Assembly: GCA_000165425.1 (NCBI GenBank)
Contig: CT868429.1
Span: forward strand, 385,337 to 449,336
Length of the DNA: 64,000 nt
From: Paramecium tetraurelia
Lineage: Eukaryota
Direction of reading: 5' to 3'
Shown: piece after piece, positions 55,338 to 64,000 of the stretch
Position numbering within the stretch: position 1 is the stretch's first letter
How the letters are laid out: each line of letters starts with the position of its first letter
The notes under the pieces: model-generated
Databases searched by the model: none
What the model was told of the DNA's origin: nothing
What the model saw: only the letters and a program-made list of their open reading frames with translations
Position numbers and translations under genes: made by a program

Positions 55338-55482
55338 AGTTGTTATTGTTTTATAATAAATTATATCCACAAACCCTTTCTATAAGAGAGTTAATTTTGA
55401 AAATAAATGAGTATCATTCTATAATGGGATGTTATTTTATGAGTTATTATTTTGTTTCATTTAGAATAAGTAAATTATAAAT

Positions 55483-56265
55483 ATGCATAAATTGAGATAA
55501 TTGCAAGAGAAGGAATAGAAATTTTCTCCTGTTGAATAGGATTTCATTCCCTTTGTCAAAGAACGAAATAGCATGGGTAAACTGCCCAATACCTATCGAA
55601 GTTTAAGATCTAAAAACTTAATTGATACTAGGATTAGGGATACAATTAGTAGTAATAGAAGCCAAAAAAGCAAGACCAAGGTGAACTTCCTCAAAGATGT
55701 CTATACTATCAATCACAATACATATTGGGCTAATCTGACAAACATTTCGAAAGTTGAAAAGAAATTCAACTTAAATATTAGAACAGAATATGTGGAGTAG
55801 AAGCAATTAATTTCTCTTAATCAAAAATTGTAACTGAATGCTGGCATTGTCTAACATAAAACTTAGACACAGATTAACTATTCTCCTAAACTAGGTAAGA
55901 ATCTTAGTATGAATACAATACCTCCCCTTGGGTATTACTAAACTTAAGATATCATCATCAAAAAATAGCCTATGTTTGTCAAGATGAAATTATAACAAGA
56001 CTTTAAGTTGAGAGAAAGTAAAACTGTTAAAACAGAACCTTGCCAGCAAATTTTTGTGCCTAAATTAGAACTATCGAATTTAAGAATTTAAAATAAAATT
56101 CCTTAAGAATTATTAAACAAAGCATATTAAACAGAACGATTATCAACTGAATACAAATTTAGATACACTCCTCTGCATTTCGATAATGAAGTAATTGAGT
56201 AATAATAGAACAAAATTAAATAATTAAGAGAATAATATAAAGGTATGAAAAGCTGTTAAATTTGA
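55483..56265 (+). CDS. Uncharacterised protein (~260 aa)
   Basis: 783-nt frame from MHKLRQLQEKE to TGA at 56263. No recognisable domain. Confidence 0.72.
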
Positions 56266-56296
56266 CTTTTGTTTATTGTAAATATAATTGATTTGT

Positions 56297-58214
56297 TCAT
56301 TCTTTAAGCCATTTACCAATAAATTATTCTAATAATTTAAAAGTAAGGAATGAGGATTCCTTAAATTTCTCAAAGAACCCAATGCAATCGTACCAATCAT
56401 CTAATGTTGAAGTTTCTGCTCCACAAATGAAAAAACTCTTAGTACTTTTTTTAAGGAATAAATTTTTGAGATTTCTATGATATAAATAATGAATTTACTT
56501 AAGATGTTTCTTATATAAGATATCACTTCCTGTAGAATAACTGTAGATATACTTCTTCAATAATTCATCATCATGTGCTAATCTATAGGGGAGAGACGAA
56601 ACGTGAACTAAGGAAGCACTTTCTAACCCATAATAATCTAAAAAGTGATATGCTACTTCCCAATTCAAAATAGCATTTTGGCCATCTTTATTTGCCTTGG
56701 CTAGATCTAATCTGTATTAAACATAATCTTTAACTTGATCATTCTTGCCATCAAATTAAAAGACTCTAAATGATGGATTTTAGTATGAAAATGTAGTTCC
56801 AGAAGGAGCAATAAACAAAGTCTTTACATATCTGCCATCAATTTTAGATCTAATATGCTAAACATGATCTTAATGAGTATGTCCTAGATTTATAGCAAAT
56901 AATAATACCATAAAAGATTCCAGTAACTACATGTTCAAATCTCTCAATGACGACACTGAATCTATCACCCCATTAGGAATTACAAAAAGTATCTCCAGGT
57001 GGGATATGAGCGAAGATCACAGCAAATTAATGTTTGGCTTCTGAATCTTTGAGTTCAGATATGAGCCATTTGAGCATTCCTCTTGGATCTGTGATGCCAT
57101 CCATTAAATGGAAGTTGAGTAAATCACAAGCTTAAGAATTCAAGGCAATGAATTTGAGATTTCTTGATTCCTCTACTTAAGAATAGTAGCCATTTCTTCT
57201 TAATTAATAGTATGATTCTTGTGATAGGTATTCTTTCCACATATCAGCCACTTCATCTCTTAACCATTATGTCGCTTCTCCTATCATATCATATTGATCA
57301 GCTGGGTAACCTTCATGATTTCCATAAATCGCATACAATTATGAATTTGGTATTTGCTTCTTGATTTCTTCAGTAATCATTTTTGTAGGTAATGTTTGAT
57401 TCCATTTCTATTAGTGCCAGATGTCATGTGACGTACTATCTCCTGTCCATATGATGAAATCAGGCTTTACTTTCTCCCCTGTAAATTTTATGAGATCTTA
57501 AACTGTTCTAAATGGTAAATCGCAATCTGCATATGTTCCCCAATATTAAGCTCCTTTGCTTGGATCCTTTGGTTTTCCATTCTCTTCTCTGCAACAAAAT
57601 GGAGCTCCACAAAATGCATTAGCTCCAACCGAATATTCAACATCAATATGTAGATCTGCGAATTATGCGACTGTAAAATCTTCTTGATTTATTACGTTTT
57701 CTTCTGCCAACACTTACCATTACCTTTGTTCTTCTTTTGAGAGCTTGTCTTGCATAACTTCATTAATATAATCTTGAATTGTTTATCTTTCTTGCTGTAA
57801 TTTGCAAGCTCCTAGATTCTAACATGCATTTGAAGGGGACAAGTAGTTGCTATGTATTGTTAATAAGCAAAATACTTGAAAAAATGCACAGAGAATTAAT
57901 CAATAAATGTTTAATTTATTCCTTCACAAAAAGCTGGATCTTTGAATTTGGGACAAAGTAAAGTCCATTCTTTACGAATAATCGATAAGAGAATTGTTGA
58001 TGAAAACTTTTGAACTTACTTCATCATTAATTTGCAAGGCAAACAAAGTAAATGTAATCTATGCATAACTCCTAAATTAATACTCATGAGGCATTTCTAT
58101 GCCAGCATACTCAACTATTTTAGTTAATATTTCTCTTTTCATGAGTTCTTCTCCCATATCTATTGTATTGGCAACACAAAACATAAGTGCTAAGATCACA
58201 AATACATTTCTCAT
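56297..58214 (-). CDS. Acid sphingomyelinase-like phosphodiesterase with a saposin-B domain
   Basis: Signal peptide, saposin Cys pattern (CLPCK...C...FCEG...ACQNLGAC), FADLHID, CCR, WGTYADCDLP, WTGD, GNHE, HIPPG, GHTH, NPSFR. Confidence 0.93.
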
Positions 58215-58278
58215 ATTTATAAATGATTTGAAAAATTACGTAATATATTTAAGTAATTAATTTATTCATTATGGAATT

Positions 58279-59462
58279 TCAATCTTTTCTCTCAAATTAT
58301 GAGATGCATATTGCAAATCCTTATAAAATAGATAATGGGTGACAAATATCAACTGAATAAGTCTTTTTTGCACATTTTCCAAATTGTAATACAAACTTAT
58401 TTTTATCTGTGCAAATGATATCATAAATTATACAATTCTTTGCTGAGGGCATAGTTACTCTGTCATTAAATTACAATTAATATTTCATCTTCACCTTATT
58501 ATATATTGGATTCTTATTCATAAAATGCTATATTTGATCCTTATATTGCAATGAATAGTAGGCTTTCAATAACCCATCTGTATCATTCAATGGTTTAAAT
58601 TCGCAGGCCTATCCATCTTTAATCTTCGGGATGATCACACTCTATCTAAATGATCCAGTCTATTTTGAATTCTGAAAATTGATTAAACACAGTTCCTTCC
58701 TCACTTTGTCCAAGAACTTTGCATCTTTAGGATTGTCACCAGTATCAAATAATTTAAATATTCCACCCTATCCCTTTATCTTACCTAAACAAGAATTGTG
58801 TTTCCTATCAAATTTGTCTTAGAGGATTGATAAAACATAATGAATTTACTAACTGAAAGCCTATCGTTTTGCAGAACACAGAAATTCTCTCTATTAACCA
58901 CTCAAATACAATAGGAATTTAGGATGAAATTTATTTGTGCCACTTTTATCCTTAACCAATGTCAACTAGATCAAATGTTCTAATAAAATATTCAAAATAT
59001 GTATTTACATTGATCGATAGGCTTTTGTAGGAACTCCTTCATATCAATGATCATGCCAGGTTAATATATAATTTAAGCTTACTATTCTTATCTTTCAGTC
59101 ATTGCATCAATCTAATTTGTTTATTGAACTTATTCATTTTAATCATTTTATTTATTCTCATCCTTCCAACTCTAAAAGTCTTCATCGCGATGCATACTAC
59201 CAAAATTTGCTACATTGTCTTGTTCTTCATCCTGCATAAATTGCACTATATCTTCAATCACCTATTCTTCATCTTCTTTTTCCTTCTATACTTAAAATTA
59301 ATCTCCAAAAGTTTATTGTATTTACTATTTACTCTTTTCAACAGGTGTAATGACATTCTATTCATCCTCATCGAATTATTCAAAATTTATTATTTCACCG
59401 TTACCATCGTCATCATTTTAACACAAGATCTCGTCATCATTCTATTCGTATTTGCTTTACAT
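58279..59462 (-). CDS. Tubby-domain protein (TULP family) with an acidic N-terminus
   Basis: FLCSAKR, CLGKIK..FKLFDTGDNP, NKNPIYN..YQLQFNDRVTMPSARN, VLQFGK..YSVDICHPLSIYKGFAICISQFE. Confidence 0.9.
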
Positions 59463-60777
59463 TAATAAATAATAATAAGTTGGATTATATTATTATACTG
59501 AATTGCAATTTCAATATTTATGAAATTTTTTCATAAATTTATGTATCAACGACATTTCTAGATTCCTCAAGGGCTAATGGTCAATTAATAAACTTTATAT
59601 CGTAAATAGATTAAAATAAAAAGCAAACTAATTAGCTTAAATAATATATTGTATTTTCATTCATTCTAAAGATTCTCTTACTTATTATTTTATTTCAAAT
59701 CACATTTCAAACATTATATTAATAAATATTTAGAGAGCAAAAATTCCCTGAAAAATGCATTTTAGAATTTTAATCTGCGATAAATTCATCTATCCATCCT
59801 TTATATAATTGGACTAATCTATAATTATGAATTTATCACATATTTCTTTGTTTTATTTCTTGTGAATTTTGGACATCAGCATTTCTAATCTTTATAGAAT
59901 CATCTATTTACATTATTTTCTTCGTTTTGATCTCCATTAAAATAAAAATCTTATTATATCCTAAGATTTTTAGTCAAGTGTTTAAGATATTAATGTATAA
60001 TTTATAGTATATTTTAGCCATATAGTGTTGATGAGAATAATAGAAATTTTTATAGAATGATTCATTAGTTTCATTTAAATTTCATCCTTTTATACAATTC
60101 ATATGAGTAAAATTAACAATTTTATTTGTTATAAAGAGGAAATTATTAGATTACACAATATTAATTATCTTAGACAGTTAGTTATCTTCTTAATAATTAG
60201 AGTATATTTTAACTTCTTTTTTTATAATTTTTATTTTCCAAATTAATTTTATTAAGTTCCTTAAATTTTAATGAATTTTGTGAATCAATTAATTTTAGGT
60301 TTTTTAGAGTAATAAGAAGTACACTTGCTTATAGCGCATTAATATAAATGAATCGCTCATTTTATTATATTCTATTTCTACATATTAACATCATACAGAT
60401 ACCAACTTAATCTGAGTATTAGAAAACAAATAAAATTAATACAAATAGCCAATTATTTAAGTAACATAGATGAGAATCAGCATTTTTGTTAGAAACAAAT
60501 GATATCCATTTTTGTCAAGTATTTTAAGAATAAATTTAAAAAAAGTATATAATAAGACCGTTAATAACTAAAAATTCTTTAAATATAGGTTAATTTCCTT
60601 TGTTATGAGTTCTAAAGTGGAATTAGATAAGAATGGCACTTCCATAAAGAATTTTAATTTGAAATTTATTTCTATATAGAATCTGTTGAATCCCATTTTA
60701 AGCACAATTATTAAATATTATTTATAAAATAGATTAGATTAATCATAAAATAAAAATTCTCATAATTCCTAACATAA

Positions 60778-61179
60778 ATGGCTGAAATCACTATTGTAGA
60801 AGAATAACAAGATGCTTTTGAATTTGATGATGAATTTGATTTTGAAAATTTAGAAATGCCATAATTAGTTAGAAGAAATGGAATCATACATACGAATGAG
60901 GAAATTATGGGTTATTATATTTTGGATAAACCTGCTGAAAAAATATTTGAAGAGGAACAATGCCCAATTTGTTTAGAGTCATCAGAATAGCTATATCCTT
61001 TAAAATGTGGTCATACCTATTGTTAGTATGATATAGAAAAAATGATGGAAATCTCGAAATCTTCTTATGGTTTGCTGTAATGCCCTATATGTAGAGCATA
61101 CTAAACTCTCGATTCATTTGATGAAGTTACGAATGTGAAATAAGGAAAACTTGAGAACTGTCAATAAGCATGTCATTGA
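60778..61179 (+). CDS. Small RING-finger protein (RING-HC variant), 133 aa
   Basis: Intronless. CPICLE...LKCGHTYCQYD...QCPICRA. Confidence 0.88.
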
Positions 61180-61437
61180 AAAATATTTAAATGTTTTACC
61201 TCTAATTAAATTTAAAAAAAAACGATTATTAGTTTATCAAGTTTCATATTCATTTAAATTTCTACCCACTTAAGTGTTATTTGGTAATAAAGGACTCAAA
61301 AATAAAAATTCTTTTATAAATTAAGAATTGCATCAACAAAATCTATCAGTATACGTACTTAATTAAATGTTAGATATTTAGTCATATAAATCCCAAAACA
61401 AAATTTTCTTTATTTTTATTAATAATAAAAAACTAAA

Positions 61438-62076
61438 ATGGATGGTGACTAAAAAACATATCAATGTGAATTATGTGCAACGTATGTACCGTATATATGC
61501 AAATCCGTACATGATTAGAAATGTTTGATAAAAAATTAACCAAAGTTTCTTACTTTACCATCTAATAATAATAAAGTGTAGAGTTAAGATGGATAATCAA
61601 ATAATCATAATAATAATAATAATAATGTTGATAGCAAAATAAGTATTTAAAAGAATTAAGGTGATTTTGTAAATTAAAATAACAATAAACCTTAATAGAA
61701 TTTGGATTAAAATATTATAAGCTCTTTCAATGTATTAATATAAAATTAGTGTTAACAACCAAATGGTACAATATAATAAGTTTCTAATTTTGTATAAGGA
61801 AGATTTACGAACCCAAATCAACCTAATAACAAAAATTAGGACAAAGATTAATAGAAAATATTTTTGAATAATTCTAAAAAACAGCAACCACCGGTACAGG
61901 ATTCAAATACATAACAATAATTCCCATAATTTACCATTATGAATAAATAATAAAACCCTTAAAAAGCTCAATTGTTTATTAAAAATTCATAATCGCAGAT
62001 TAATTTTAATGAACATTCTAATAATAGAGGTATAATGACTAATTAACAAATTTCAAAAAAAATGGATGCATAATGA
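61438..62076 (+). CDS. N/Q-rich protein with one N-terminal C2HC zinc-finger-like motif
   Basis: 639-nt frame. YQCELCATYVPYICKSVHDQKC followed by Asn/Gln low complexity. Confidence 0.7.
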
Positions 62077-62401
62077 TTTTATATTTGAAGGAACTATTCA
62101 TATAAAATAAATATTAAATTTATTAATATAAAAAACTTATATATATTCAAAATTATAAGTAGAAGTGAGGATATATTAAAGATCTTATTAGAGTAGTAAT
62201 TTAAATCAAAATGATAACTAAAGTTTGTGATTTATTAACATAACAAACAGTACCATTAAGATTGCATGACTCTTTGGGTACATATAAGTTTTATTGGCCT
62301 TATATGCAAAGTAAAAGGCATACAATAAAATCTTAAGCATTTTTTATATTTTAGAGGGATTCTAGAAAGAAAATATTATAATAATTTATTTTTGAATTTT
62401 C

Positions 62402-63589
62402 ATGCAACAAGTGGCTCCAGAAGTGCAAACTATTTTTGAAGAATTACTTAAACCAGTTTTAGAGAGAATTGAAGTTTTAAAAGAAAAAGATCAATCAAAT
62501 GAGTTACAAATCAAAAATCTATTTGACCAAATGAGCGAATTGAAAACTATAATAGGAAACCTAAAACCCATTAAGGTGGAAGAAAAGAGTAAGAATAAGT
62601 AATATTTAATAGAAGTTGTCAAATAAGATCCTAAAAAGGATAATCAATAAAATAATGGTATTTTGAAATTAGTATATTCCCACCTTAGGATAAGAGGCAA
62701 AAAAGATCGACCGACCATCTACTGCTGCAGTTACAAAAAACTCTGTTCCTGTAAAAGGAAAGGATCCAAAAGCTACAACAGCTCCAAAACCTTTAAGTCA
62801 GAGCACAATTGTTGAAAAGACAACAGCACCTATTGATATTGAAAAAAGTATTAAAACTTAAACCATCTTTTAATAGACTAACCAAAATCTCCGAAAGAGG
62901 GAAATCAAAATAAAACAAAATAATAGTAGCAAACCTAATAATAGCCACCCTAACCTAAACCTAAATCAATTGTCCAACCATAATAAAAATAATTATAACA
63001 TATTAAAGAAACCAAAGAAACTAAAGAAACTAAAGAACAACCAATCAAATAGGCACCTTAATAAAAAGATGAAAAAAAGGTTGAAAAATAACCACCTAAA
63101 CCTAAAACTGCTTAGCCAACCACCTAACCAATTTAAGTCGAAAAAAAGGAGGATAAAAAAGACACTAAAAAGACAGATACAAAAAATACTTAAAAAAATA
63201 ACACTAAATAACCTGAGCAGAAAGTAGCAGAAAAGAAATCTGATGATAAAAAGATTGTAAAGAAAGGGAAATTACTTGAAGAAACTTAACTAAAAAATGA
63301 ACAATAAACTGATGAATAATTTTAACAATAATAACAAAATGTACCTAAGACTTAGGATAACAGTGAATAGAAATAATAAGACGATTAACTATAAAAGTAA
63401 ACAGTTGAATAAGAAGAAATTTAAGAGACTTAAACAGTAGTTCCTGCAATTGAGAATTTCGAAGTCGAAGAATAAGCAGTAAAATAATTATCAGAAGATT
63501 AAGACTAATTGACGTAGAACCAATAAGCCTTAGAAGTCAATGAAAATTAACCAGAAAAACTTGAAAATCAATAATAAGAAGTAGTTTGA
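62402..63589 (+). CDS. Uncharacterised protein: short N-terminal coiled coil and K/E/Q/P-rich disordered body
   Basis: MQQVAPEVQTIFEELLKPVLERIE; tiny introns near 62590-62690; ends QQEVV* at 63587-63589. Confidence 0.78.
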
Positions 63590-63684
63590 TGTTAATTGAA
63601 TATTTGCATTAATATTTTAGGCCAATATTCTAATTCTTATATATAAATTTCTTCTTGATTTCATTAAAATGTATTATAAATGAA

Positions 63685-64000
63685 TCATCTTCTCTTAAGT
63701 CGTCCTAAAAATGTTAAACCATAATTTTTGAGAAATTCATAACTTTATGTGTTTTAAATATAATTTTGATCAATTTTAAAATAATATGATAGTGTATCGT
63801 ATAAATTTCTAATTTGCTATGTTTATCTAGTGTAATTTTATTGATTAGTTTAACGATTTTATCTCCGTTACTATTATTAGAACTGCTATTATTCTTACAC
63901 AATCTATTATTCTTACTCAAACTATTATTATTACTCAAACTATTATTATTACACAGGATATTAGTATTATACCGGTTGCCTATATATTTCTTATTGAGTT
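63685..64000 (-). CDS. 3' end of a Gln-rich protein (5' part lies beyond the window)
   Basis: Open frame ...QYPVQQQQFEQQQQFEQEQQIVQEQQ...YEFLKNYGLTFLGRLKRR* with TGA at 63685-63687. Confidence 0.7.
63886..63957 (-). repeat. Four degenerate 18-bp tandem units encoding Gln-rich hexapeptides
   Basis: Plus-strand units ctattattcttacacaat / ctattattcttactcaaa / ctattattattactcaaa / ctattattattacacagg. Confidence 0.85.

Noticed and set aside
60778..62076. RING gene and C2HC-finger gene as a split single gene
   Set aside because: Each has its own ATG and TGA, with a 258-nt gap far longer than the introns here.
63886..63957. Short direct repeats as a possible CRISPR or telomeric array
   Set aside because: No spacers and not G3T3/G4T2; they encode Gln-rich peptide repeats.

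Overview
This is eukaryotic ciliate DNA, not prokaryotic, and looks like a gene-dense macronuclear chromosome of Paramecium (aurelia-type; the species cannot be fixed from the sequence alone). It is very AT-rich, TAA/TAG read as Gln with TGA as the only stop, introns are tiny GT..AG (mostly 20-33 nt), and intergenic spacers are as short as 17-28 nt. The supplied ORF track used the wrong genetic code and is mostly fragments or antisense shadows. Hand translation with the ciliate code and splicing gives about 42 protein genes. Recognisable ones are an mTERF-like protein, a PX-domain pseudokinase, APC/C CDC26, mitoribosomal bL25, a TmcB/C-type PAS membrane protein, a DUSP, a CDPK (with a +1 frameshift), ANP32-like, YOS1, a vWA protein, eIF3m, two PP2Cs, PIG-U, INO80B/Ies2, DRC2/CCDC65, an SNF1-like kinase, condensin CAP-D2, a PH-CAMK kinase, a beta/gamma-crystallin-tailed secreted protein, NF-YC, SAPS-like, TatD, PEX16, acid sphingomyelinase, Tubby and a RING protein. 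I found no tRNA, rRNA, CRISPR, telomere or intact transposon, and no multi-gene novel system. The best novelty leads are two orphan proteins with duplicated Cys/His modules I do not recognise, a stand-alone HRDC protein, the PX-pseudokinase, and atypical YOS1, PEX16 and CDPK gene structures. All family calls come from motif recognition by eye; no database search was run. CDS coordinates span introns.
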